From an uncultured Chloroflexia bacterium (lineage in GTDB: Bacteria; Chloroflexota; Anaerolineae; Promineifilales; UBA4811): a DNA stretch of 64,000 nt. Shown piece after piece: positions 9,969-18,269 of this stretch. The stretch covers positions 512,072 through 576,071 of the forward strand of contig CAVPPE010000003.1 of assembly GCA_963707345.1 (NCBI GenBank), given 5' to 3'. The notes under the pieces are model-generated. The model searched no databases and was not told the DNA's origin. It worked only from the letters and a program-made list of their open reading frames with translations. The position numbers and the translations under genes are program-made. Position 1 is the first letter of the stretch. Each line of letters starts with the position of its first letter.

Positions 9969-10016
9969 GATTTCCGACTTGCAACGCTGTTGCATAATGT
10001 GCGACTTGATTGCGAA

Positions 10017-10787
10017 ATGGACAAGGATAGCGCTAGCATCCAATCCATCGAACGGGCGGTTAAAATCCTCAAAGCATTCAGCCTAGACCAACCCGAATGG
10101 GGGGTAAACGAAATGGGCCGCCTGCTGAACCTGCACAAGAGTACGGTGTCCCGGTTGATGATGACCTTGGAGCGTGGAGGATTGCTCTGGCGCAACCCGG
10201 AGACCCAGCGCTACCAACTGGGAATCGACCTGATCGGGATGGCCTCACTGGTTACCAGCCACCTGGATGTCCGGGCTATGGCGCGCCCGTTCCTGCGGGA
10301 GCTTGCCGGCCGGTGTCAGGAGACTGTAAATTTGGTGGTGATGGACGAGGGCGATGTGGTCAACCTGGAGCAATTCGTGCCCCCAGCCCGGCAGGTGAAG
10401 AACATTGGCTACGTGGGGCGGCGCATGCCGGTGTATTGCACGGCCGCCGGCAAGGTGCTGCTGGCCTACCTCCCGGGGCACGAGCTGGAACAAAAGCTGC
10501 CAGCCGAATTGCACTGCTACACCGATCATACCATTTCTGACCTGGCTGTGCTGCGGGCCGAGTTGCGGCAGGTGCGGCAGATTGGATACGCTGTGGTCCA
10601 AGAAGAGTTGGAAATTGGGCTCAATGCCATTGCCGCGCCGGTGTTCGATCACGCCGGCCGCGTGCGGTATGCTGCCAGTGTTGCCGGGCCAGCCTATCGC
10701 GTCAAACCAGAACTGTTCCCAGAACTGGCCGGGCAGGTGGTGGCCACTGCGGCCGAGCTGTCCCGCCAACTGGGTTATCGGCCGTAG
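10017..10787 (+). CDS. IclR-family transcriptional regulator
   Basis: SIERAVKILKAFS...LHKSTVSRLMMTLE winged-HTH followed by an IclR effector domain (GLNAIAAPVFDHAGRV). Start is ambiguous: TTG 9990, GTG 9999 or ATG 10017. Confidence 0.85.
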   Translation: MDKDSASIQSIERAVKILKAFSLDQPEWGVNEMGRLLNLHKSTVSRLMMTLERGGLLWRNPETQRYQLGIDLIGMASLVTSHLDVRAMARPFLRELAGRCQETVNLVVMDEGDVVNLEQFVPPARQVKNIGYVGRRMPVYCTAAGKVLLAYLPGHELEQKLPAELHCYTDHTISDLAVLRAELRQVRQIGYAVVQEELEIGLNAIAAPVFDHAGRVRYAASVAGPAYRVKPELFPELAGQVVATAAELSRQLGYRP

Positions 10788-10794
10788 GGAAGGA

Positions 10795-10987
10795 GGCGAA
10801 CCGGGTCTTTTCACAACCCAGGCGTGAAGCGCGAGGGAAGACCGGTGAAACTCCGGAGCTGTCCCGCAACTGTAAGCCTGGCCCTCCCGGCCGGGCAAGC
10901 CAGACACCTTGGCTCCATGACTCTACCCTGAGATCTTCGTGGAAGGAGAACAGGCGTCCATCGATTGGATAGCCTGTTCTTTTTTTA
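10795..10987 (+). promoter_or_regulatory. Cobalamin (B12) riboswitch with intrinsic terminator expression platform
   Basis: Core AGGGAAGACCGGTGAAACTCCGGAGCTGTCCCGCAACTGTAAGC (10834-10877). B12-box-like AAGCCAGACACCTTGGC (10897-10913). Terminator stem GAACAGGC/GCCTGTTC (10948-10955 with 10972-10979) plus T7. Sits directly upstream of the corrinoid protein gene. Confidence 0.8.
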
Positions 10988-11012
10988 TTACATTCATTTA
11001 GGAGGTTTTGCG

Positions 11013-11648
11013 ATGGCAGACATTCTGCAAAAGATAGCGGAGAATTTGTATAGCGGCGAAGAAGAAGAGGTCGCTGCGCTGGTCGAAAAGTGCCTGGAGC
11101 AAGGAATGGCCCCGGCCGATATCCTGTCCAATGGCCTCATCGCTGGCATGGATGTGGTCGGCCGCGATTTCAAGGCGGGCGATCTGTTTGTGCCCGAGGT
11201 GTTGATTGCTGCCCGCGCCATGTCGGCCGGGATGGAAGTGTTGCGGCCGCTGCTGGCCGAGTCGGGTGCCGCCAGCACTGGCAAATTCCTCATCGGCACG
11301 GTCAAGGGCGACCTGCACGACATTGGCAAGAATCTGGTCAAGATGATGCTGGAAGGGGCTGGTTTTGAGACCGTTGACTTGGGCACCGATGTGGAGCCGA
11401 AGGTCTTTGTAGACAAGGTCCGCGAGCACAAGCCCCGCCTGATTGGGATGAGCGCGCTGCTTACCACCACCATGGTGTACATGAAGGCGACCATTGAGGC
11501 GCTGGAAGAAGCTGGCTTGCGCGATTCAGTCAAGATCATGGTGGGCGGCGCTCCGGTAACGGCCGCCTTTGCCCAGGATATTGGCGCCGATGCCTATGCC
11601 CCCGATGCGGCCAGCGCGGTGGACAAAGCGCGCGAACTGACCGCATAA
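11013..11648 (+). CDS. Methyltransferase cognate corrinoid protein (MtbC/MttC/MtgC-like B12-binding protein)
   Basis: ATG 11013 preceded by GGAGG. N-terminal B12-binding cap helix bundle, then a DxHxxG motif (GDLHDIGKN) and MSALLTTT. Confidence 0.9.
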   Translation: MADILQKIAENLYSGEEEEVAALVEKCLEQGMAPADILSNGLIAGMDVVGRDFKAGDLFVPEVLIAARAMSAGMEVLRPLLAESGAASTGKFLIGTVKGDLHDIGKNLVKMMLEGAGFETVDLGTDVEPKVFVDKVREHKPRLIGMSALLTTTMVYMKATIEALEEAGLRDSVKIMVGGAPVTAAFAQDIGADAYAPDAASAVDKARELTA

Positions 11649-11722
11649 AAATGTGACAAGCTGGGCGTGGAACACGGCTAAATGCACCGGTTCCCCGCCC
11701 TTGAGGTAGTGGGGTAGATACG

Positions 11723-13180
11723 GTGGCAAAACAGAAACGGCAACCACAGACGGGGTTACCCGGTGGTCAATACCGGCCGCTGACCGATGAACAAATAGCT
11801 TGCATCCACCAGGCGGCGCTCAGTATCTTGGACCGAACCGGCGTCCAGGTCGAGGAATCCGAAGCGCTGCGCCTGTTCCGGGATGCGGGCGCTTTGGTAA
11901 CTGGAAACCGGGTGCACATCCCGCGCGGCTTGGTAGATGATGCGGTTGTTTCGGCTCCCGAGCGGGTGGTGTTGGCCGGCCGGGATTCCCGCTGGGACCT
12001 GGAGTTGACCGGCTCGCAGGTACACATGGGCACCGGCGGCGCTGCGCTGACGGTGTTCGACATCGAGACCGGGCAGCCACGCCCGGCCGTGTTGCGGGAC
12101 GTGGCGGAATTGGCCCGGCTGGTGGATGCGCTGGATCATATTCACTTCTATCTTGTCCCCGTGTACCCAACGGACATGGGCAAAGACGAAGTGGATGTCA
12201 ACCAGTATTATGCTGGGCTGGCCAACACGGTCAAGCACGTCCAGTCCGGTGTGTACAGCGTGCAGGGCATCCGCGACACGGCGGCGATGGCGGAGCAGAT
12301 CGCCGGCGGCGCGACCGCGCTGCGCGAGCGGCCGATCGTATCCTTCATCACCAGCTGGATGGTTAGCCCGCTGCTGTTTGCCACCGATGTCACCACGCTG
12401 CTAATTGAAACCTGTCGCCAGGGGCTTCCGGTGGTGCTCTCGGCCGCGCCGATGGCCGGCTCAACCTCGCCGGTGACGCTGGCCGGCACGCTTGCCCAAC
12501 TGACGGCCGAACAACTGGCCGGTGTGGTGCTGACCCAACTGGTTCGCAAAGGGACGCCGGTAGTCATGGGCCCTATCCCCGCCACGGCCGACATGAAGAG
12601 CGGCCGCTACCTGGGTGGCTCGGCCGAGTTTGGGCTGACCAACGCGGCGATGGCACAAATCGCCCAGTTCTACCGGCTGCCGATCTACAACTCGGCCGGG
12701 ATGACCGATGCCAAAATCCCTGACATCCAGGCCGGCTTTGAAAAGGCGATGAGCGTGGTGCTGGCCGCGCTGGCCGGCAGCAACTTTATCCACCACGCGG
12801 CCGGGATGCTGGAAAACATGAATAGCGTCGCGGCCGAGCAGTTTGTCATTGACAATGACATCCTGGGTATGGCGTTGCGGGTCTTGCGCGGCGTGGAAGT
12901 GAGCGATGAAACCCTGGCGCTGGACACCATCCATCAGGTCGGTCCGGGCGGCCATTTCCTGATGGCCGACCACACGCTGCGCCACATGCGGACCGAGTTC
13001 TTTTATCCCTCGGCCGTGGTGGACCGGCGCGGCTGGGAAGGCTGGCTGGCGGATGGCGGCCGGGACGCGGCCGCCCGCGCCCGTGAGATCGCCCGCGACA
13101 TCCTAGCTAACCACCGGCCAGAGCCGCTGGCCCCGGCCGTGGACGGCTGGATTCGGCAGCGGTTTGCCCTAAAAATCTAA
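11723..13180 (+). CDS. MttB-superfamily methyltransferase, non-pyrrolysine (paralogue 1, subfamily A)
   Basis: 485 aa with trimethylamine-methyltransferase-family N-terminus (LTDEQIACIHQAALSILDRTGVQV) and no in-frame TAG. Most similar to paralogue 3. Confidence 0.9.
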   Translation: MAKQKRQPQTGLPGGQYRPLTDEQIACIHQAALSILDRTGVQVEESEALRLFRDAGALVTGNRVHIPRGLVDDAVVSAPERVVLAGRDSRWDLELTGSQVHMGTGGAALTVFDIETGQPRPAVLRDVAELARLVDALDHIHFYLVPVYPTDMGKDEVDVNQYYAGLANTVKHVQSGVYSVQGIRDTAAMAEQIAGGATALRERPIVSFITSWMVSPLLFATDVTTLLIETCRQGLPVVLSAAPMAGSTSPVTLAGTLAQLTAEQLAGVVLTQLVRKGTPVVMGPIPATADMKSGRYLGGSAEFGLTNAAMAQIAQFYRLPIYNSAGMTDAKIPDIQAGFEKAMSVVLAALAGSNFIHHAAGMLENMNSVAAEQFVIDNDILGMALRVLRGVEVSDETLALDTIHQVGPGGHFLMADHTLRHMRTEFFYPSAVVDRRGWEGWLADGGRDAAARAREIARDILANHRPEPLAPAVDGWIRQRFALKI

Positions 13181-13243
13181 CACTGTACCTGGCCCCAAAC
13201 CGGCCGGGTACAGGCAACGCGCAAACGATCAAGGAGAGTTCTT

Positions 13244-14686
13244 GTGACGCAACAGATACCTGTTCCTACTTTGCATCCCACTATTCGGATGCTTTCGGAT
13301 GACCAGATCAAGGCCATCCACAACACCAGCCTGGACATCCTGGAGCAAACGGGCATTGTGATGAAACACGATTACGCCCGTGAGTTGCTGCTGGAAGCGG
13401 GCGCGTGGGAATCGGATAGGCGCATCAAGATTCCCGAGTTTATGGTGATGGATGCCATCGCCTCGGCGCCGTCGCGCATCCCCATGTACAACCGGTTGGG
13501 CGAGCTGGTGATGCCGCTGGAATCGGGCAAGGTCTTTTTTGGCCCTGGTTCCGATTGCATTTTCACCATGGACCTGGAAACTGGCGAAAGGCGATTTGCG
13601 ACGGCCGAAGACATCCGGCGAATTGCTCATCTCTGCAACGGTCTGCCGCAGATGGATTTCGTTATGTCAATGGGGAACCCATCGGACGTGCCGGCGATGG
13701 ACATTTACATTCACGAGTTTGTCAGCATGATCCGCGGCTCGGTCAAGCCCAACGTGTACACGGCCAACAACCGCGCGGACATGGAGGCCATCTACCGGAT
13801 TGCCTGCGCCGTGGCCGGTGGCGAGACGGCGCTGCGGGAAAAGCCTTTTATGATGTTGTATGCCGAGTCGATCTCGCCGCTGCTTTATCCGGAAGAGTCG
13901 GTAGACAAGCTGCTTTTCTGCGCCGAGGTGGGCATCCCGGTGACTTATCCGCCCTCGCCCAATACCGGCGGTGGCGGCCCGATTACTCTGGCGGGCGCGC
14001 TGGCGCTGGGCAACGCTGAGTGCCTGGTGGGGCTGATCCTGACCCAGTTGGTCCGGCCGGGTACCTCGTTCCTCTATGGCATGAACACGGCCGCGCTGGA
14101 CATGAAGTCGGCCATCGTCAGCTACGGCGCACCGGAGTGGCCCACCGGCATGGCCGCCTGGTGTGACCTTGCCCGCTATTATGACCTGCCCACCTGGGGC
14201 GCAGGCGGGGCGACCGACAGCAAGGTGGTGGACACCCAGGCTGGCATTGAGGCCACCACTTCGATCATGGCCGCGTTCCTGACCCGCTGCAATCTGGTCC
14301 ACGACGTGGGCTATATCGAATACGGCACCACTTCGTCCATGGAGATGCTGGTGGTGGCTGATGAGATTATCCGCGACATCCGCTTTATCATGGGTGGCGT
14401 GGAGGTGAGCGAGCGGACGCTGGCCCGTGAAGCGATTCACCGTGTCAAGCCGGGTGCCGGTTTCCTGGCCGAGGATCACACGCTCAAGAACTGGAAGTGG
14501 GCGCAGTGGCGGCCGGAGCTGATTGACCGCAGCCGCTACGACCGTTGGGTGAGCCAGGGCAGCAAGGATATGACCAAGCGCGCCAACGAGCGGGCGCGCA
14601 AAATCCTGGCAGAGCACCAGGTTCCGGCGCTGCCCCAGGCGGCCGAGGATGAGATCGCCCAGGTGCTGAAGGAGCGAGCCGGTTAG
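13244..14686 (+). CDS. MttB-superfamily methyltransferase, non-pyrrolysine (paralogue 2, subfamily B)
   Basis: 480 aa, GTG start after AAGGAGAG. LSDDQIKAIHNTSLDILEQTGI. Most similar to paralogue 4. Confidence 0.9.
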   Translation: MTQQIPVPTLHPTIRMLSDDQIKAIHNTSLDILEQTGIVMKHDYARELLLEAGAWESDRRIKIPEFMVMDAIASAPSRIPMYNRLGELVMPLESGKVFFGPGSDCIFTMDLETGERRFATAEDIRRIAHLCNGLPQMDFVMSMGNPSDVPAMDIYIHEFVSMIRGSVKPNVYTANNRADMEAIYRIACAVAGGETALREKPFMMLYAESISPLLYPEESVDKLLFCAEVGIPVTYPPSPNTGGGGPITLAGALALGNAECLVGLILTQLVRPGTSFLYGMNTAALDMKSAIVSYGAPEWPTGMAAWCDLARYYDLPTWGAGGATDSKVVDTQAGIEATTSIMAAFLTRCNLVHDVGYIEYGTTSSMEMLVVADEIIRDIRFIMGGVEVSERTLAREAIHRVKPGAGFLAEDHTLKNWKWAQWRPELIDRSRYDRWVSQGSKDMTKRANERARKILAEHQVPALPQAAEDEIAQVLKERAG

Positions 14687-14709
14687 CAGCATGCGTTTGG
14701 GAGTGTGGT

Positions 14710-16146
14710 ATGGCGCGTTTGGGTCTGCCGGGCGGGCAGTATCAGCCGCTGATGGCCGGAGAGGTTGAGCAGATTCACCAGGCATCCTTGCGGGTGCTGC
14801 AGGAGACCGGCCTGCGCGTGGAGAACGAGCGGGCGCTGGGCCTCTACCGGCGGGGCGGAGCCCGCATTGACGGCGACCGCGTTTATTTCCGGCCGGAGAT
14901 GGTAGCGGATGCGCTGCGAAAGGTACCGTCCCGCGTGTTGCTGGCCGGCCGTGACGCGGAGCAGGATCTGCTACTGGAGGGCAAACGGGTCTATGCCGGC
15001 ACCGGAGGTTCGCCGACCATGGTGCTGGACCCGGGCGCGGACACGGTCCGGCCGGGTGTGCTGCAAGACCTGGCGGACCTGGTCCGGCTGGTGGAAGCGC
15101 TGGCTTTCTGCGATTTCGTCGTCATCCCGCTGCACCCCACCGACGTCCCTGACGCGGAGGTGCCGATCAATCGCTTTTTTACCAGCCTGTCCAATACTGG
15201 CAAACACGTGATGGGCGGGGTTGGCTCGGTAGATGGCGCGCGCCAGGTGATCGAGTTGGGCACGCTGGTGGCGGGCAGCCTGGAAGCGCTCCAGGCCCGG
15301 CCGGTCATTTCGGCCATCGCCAGTTGGATGGTCAGCCCGTTGCAGCTGGACACTGGCGTGACCGACATCTTGCTGGAGTGGTGCCGACACGGGTTGCCCG
15401 TGGCGCTTTCCTCGGCACCCATGGCCGGCTCGACCTCCCCGGTTACGCTGGCCGGTTCTCTGGTTCAGCTCAACGCAGAGCAATTGAGCGGCATTGTGCT
15501 GACGCAACTGGCCCGTCCGGGCACGCCCGTTCTGGCCGGCTACATCCCCGGCGTAGCAGACATGCGCAGCGGCGGCTACCTGGGCGGCGCGGTTGAATTT
15601 GGGATGATGCAGGCGGCCGCGGCCCAACTGGCTCACTTTTATCGCGTGCCCATCTACTGCTCGGGCGGAATGACCGATAGCAAAGTGCCGGATGCCCAGG
15701 CCGGTTACGAGAAGATGAGCACCCTGCTGCTGGCGGCTATGGGTGGCTGCAACTATATTCACCACGCCATCGGCATGATCACCAATATGAACGCGACCTC
15801 CTTGGAGCAGGCGGTCATCGACGATGAGATTGTGGGCATGGCGATGCGGGTGTTGCGTGGAGTCCAGGTCTCTGATGATGTGATGGGTGTGGAGGCAATC
15901 GGCCGGGTGGGGCCGGGAGGCCATTACCTGACCGATCCCCACACGCTGCGATACATGCGTTCGGAACTGTTCCAGCCACACCTGTCGCATCGGCCGAGCC
16001 GGACGGTGTGGGAGGGGGAAGGCAAGCGGGATACGCGCGGCCGGGCGGCCGCTCGCGTGGAAACCCTGTTGCGCCAGCACAGCCTGCCCAAACTGCCGGA
16101 AACGGTGCAGGCGGCCGCCAAGGCGAGATTCCGGATTGTGGCATGA
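14710..16146 (+). CDS. MttB-superfamily methyltransferase, non-pyrrolysine (paralogue 3, subfamily A)
   Basis: 478 aa. LPGGQYQPLMAGEVEQIHQASLRVLQETGL aligns along its length with paralogue 1. Confidence 0.9.
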   Translation: MARLGLPGGQYQPLMAGEVEQIHQASLRVLQETGLRVENERALGLYRRGGARIDGDRVYFRPEMVADALRKVPSRVLLAGRDAEQDLLLEGKRVYAGTGGSPTMVLDPGADTVRPGVLQDLADLVRLVEALAFCDFVVIPLHPTDVPDAEVPINRFFTSLSNTGKHVMGGVGSVDGARQVIELGTLVAGSLEALQARPVISAIASWMVSPLQLDTGVTDILLEWCRHGLPVALSSAPMAGSTSPVTLAGSLVQLNAEQLSGIVLTQLARPGTPVLAGYIPGVADMRSGGYLGGAVEFGMMQAAAAQLAHFYRVPIYCSGGMTDSKVPDAQAGYEKMSTLLLAAMGGCNYIHHAIGMITNMNATSLEQAVIDDEIVGMAMRVLRGVQVSDDVMGVEAIGRVGPGGHYLTDPHTLRYMRSELFQPHLSHRPSRTVWEGEGKRDTRGRAAARVETLLRQHSLPKLPETVQAAAKARFRIVA

Positions 16147-16155
16147 ATCGGCCGG

Positions 16156-16197
16156 TTGACTTCTGGTGTAACGTGTGCTATTCTGTAGTGCAGAATA
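16156..16197 (+). promoter_or_regulatory. Candidate promoter with overlapping operator palindrome upstream of the ABC importer genes
   Basis: TTGACT (16156-16161), 17-nt spacer, TATTCT (16179-16184). A perfect inverted repeat TATTCTG-N5-CAGAATA (16179-16197) overlaps the -10. A second candidate is TTGCAT (16252-16257), N17, TACAAT (16275-16280). Confidence 0.35.
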
Positions 16198-16462
16198 TCT
16201 GATATTCGGATAGTTTGGCGCCACTGCGCCGGTGATCAGAAACAGCGATTGTTGCATGGGTTGTGCGAAGGTGATACAATGTGCTTCGAGAATTGCGCGG
16301 CAATCCCTTTTAAAACTACGATTCTTCCTCTGTAATCACCTCGTGATTTCTGATCTGACGTTTCCACATAGAGTGAAAGGAGTGTTATCAGGCGAATTTC
16401 CCAGACATCAGCCCAACCTTTGATTTTGCCTTTACAAATACTCAAGGAGGAGTGGTTTACCC

Positions 16463-18163
16463 ATGGAGATCATTAAGAAGCACAAGAGGGATGAGGTTCA
16501 CGAGTACATCCCCGAGTTGAAAGACCTGTACCGCAAGGGTCGTGTCAGCCGGCGCGAGTTCCTACGAACGGCGACCCTGTTGGGTATGTCCCTGGCTGGC
16601 GCCACCACGTTTTTGGCGTCCTGCTCACAGGAAGAGCCCACCAAGGTTCCTGAGGCCACCACGGCTCCGGAAGCGACCGAGGTTCCGGCCGGCCCCAAAC
16701 GCGGCGGCACGTTGACCATCGCCACCCGCGTGCAGCGGATTGACCATCCGGCCCGCCTGTCGTGGATTGAGGGCGTCAACCAGTGGCGCCAGGTCTGCGA
16801 GTACCTCACGCTGACCGGCTATGATAACGTTACCGTTCCCTGGCTGCTGGAAAAGTGGGAAGCCAATGCAGACCTATTGGAGTGGACCTTGTTCCTCAAC
16901 AAGGGGATCAAGTTCAACGATGGCTCTGATTTTACGGCCGACGATGTGATTTTCAACATCGAGCAATGGCTCTCCGAGGAGGTTGGCTCCTCCATGGTCG
17001 GGTTGATGGGTGGCTACCTCGCGGCCAGTGATGCGGAAAAGGTGGATGACTATACCGTCAAGTTGCACCTCTCCCAGCCACAGTTGGCCGTGCCGGAGCA
17101 TCTCTTCCATTACCCCGCCATGGTCCTGCCCAAGACCTTTGAGGGCGACATCGTTCGCCAGCCGGTCGGGACCGGCCCCTTCAAGATGGAAGAGTACGTG
17201 GAGACCGAGCGGGCGGTTTACGTCCGGCGCGAGGACTACTGGAAGATGGGCGCCGATGGCAAACCGCTGCCATACCTGGACAAGGTTGTGTTTCTGGACC
17301 TGGGCGAGGAAGAGGCAGCTCAGATTGCGGCGCTGCAGAGTGGGCAGGTGGACAACATCTTTAACCCCTCGGCCGAGATCTGGCAGGCGGTCAAGGACCT
17401 GCCCAACGTCAAAGTCTACTCCGCCCCAACCGCGCAGACCTTTGTCATCCGCATGCGGGCAGACATGGAGCCCTGGAGTGACAACAAGGTCCGCCAGGCG
17501 CTAAAGAAGAGCATTGATCGCCAAAAGATGCTGGACCTGGCTTGGTTTGGCAACGGTGTGCTGGGCCACGACGCCCACGTCGCCCCGGTGCATCCCGAAT
17601 ACTGCGAAAAGCCGATCCCCGAGTACGACCCGGAGGGTGCCAAGGCGTTGCTGGCCGAGGCCGGCTACCCCGATGGCCTGGAGGTCGAGTTGGCAACTCA
17701 GGAAGCTCGCGCCGAACCGGCGATGGCCCAGGCGCTCAAGGAATCGGCCGTGGCCGGTGGTTTCAACATCAACCTCAACATCATGCCGTCGGCGCAGTAC
17801 TGGGATGTCTGGACCGAGGTCCCGTTGGGCATCACCATCTGGGCGCACCGGCCGCTGGGTACCATGGTGCTGGCGCTGGCTTACACGGCCGACGCGGAAG
17901 GCAAAGCCGCCCCCTGGAACGAAACCTACTGGGTGGATGAGGAGTTCAGCTCCCTGCTCAAAGAAGCCGAAAAAACCCTGGACGTCGAAGCCCGACGCGA
18001 GATCATGTGCAAGCTGGAGGACATCCAGATGGAGCGCGGCTCAATTGGCATCGCCTTCTGGACCAGCGTTTGGTACATCGCGCACAAGAAGTTGCAGAAC
18101 GTGGCGGCACATCCGACCAACTACGACCTGCTCTTCGATGCGTGGATTGATCCGGATGCCTAA
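16463..18163 (+). CDS. ABC transporter substrate-binding lipoprotein, family 5 (peptide/opine/nickel type), Tat signal
   Basis: 566 aa, RBS AAGGAGGAG. Twin-arginine signal SRREFLRTATLLG followed by lipobox LASC. DppA/GsiB-like body. Confidence 0.9.
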   Translation: MEIIKKHKRDEVHEYIPELKDLYRKGRVSRREFLRTATLLGMSLAGATTFLASCSQEEPTKVPEATTAPEATEVPAGPKRGGTLTIATRVQRIDHPARLSWIEGVNQWRQVCEYLTLTGYDNVTVPWLLEKWEANADLLEWTLFLNKGIKFNDGSDFTADDVIFNIEQWLSEEVGSSMVGLMGGYLAASDAEKVDDYTVKLHLSQPQLAVPEHLFHYPAMVLPKTFEGDIVRQPVGTGPFKMEEYVETERAVYVRREDYWKMGADGKPLPYLDKVVFLDLGEEEAAQIAALQSGQVDNIFNPSAEIWQAVKDLPNVKVYSAPTAQTFVIRMRADMEPWSDNKVRQALKKSIDRQKMLDLAWFGNGVLGHDAHVAPVHPEYCEKPIPEYDPEGAKALLAEAGYPDGLEVELATQEARAEPAMAQALKESAVAGGFNINLNIMPSAQYWDVWTEVPLGITIWAHRPLGTMVLALAYTADAEGKAAPWNETYWVDEEFSSLLKEAEKTLDVEARREIMCKLEDIQMERGSIGIAFWTSVWYIAHKKLQNVAAHPTNYDLLFDAWIDPDA

Positions 18164-18189
18164 AGCGTTACGCTGTAGGTAATCTGCGG

Positions 18190-18230
18190 GTAGTGAGGCG
18201 GGCACTGTTCGCCTCACTACCTTTTTGTTT
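18190..18230 (+). terminator. Intra-operon hairpin/attenuator after the SBP gene
   Basis: 11-bp stem GTAGTGAGGCG/CGCCTCACTAC (18190-18200 with 18210-18220) followed by CTTTTTGTTTT. Confidence 0.5.
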
Positions 18231-18269
18231 TCCCCCACTGGGGACATTCCTGGACACTGGGGAGAGCCT

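Noticed and set aside
16232-16423. 63-aa ORF in the leader of the SBP gene as a small protein or leader peptide
   Set aside because: It has no RBS and an odd composition, and an equally long antisense ORF (16236-16445) overlaps it. The region is more likely non-coding leader or promoter DNA.
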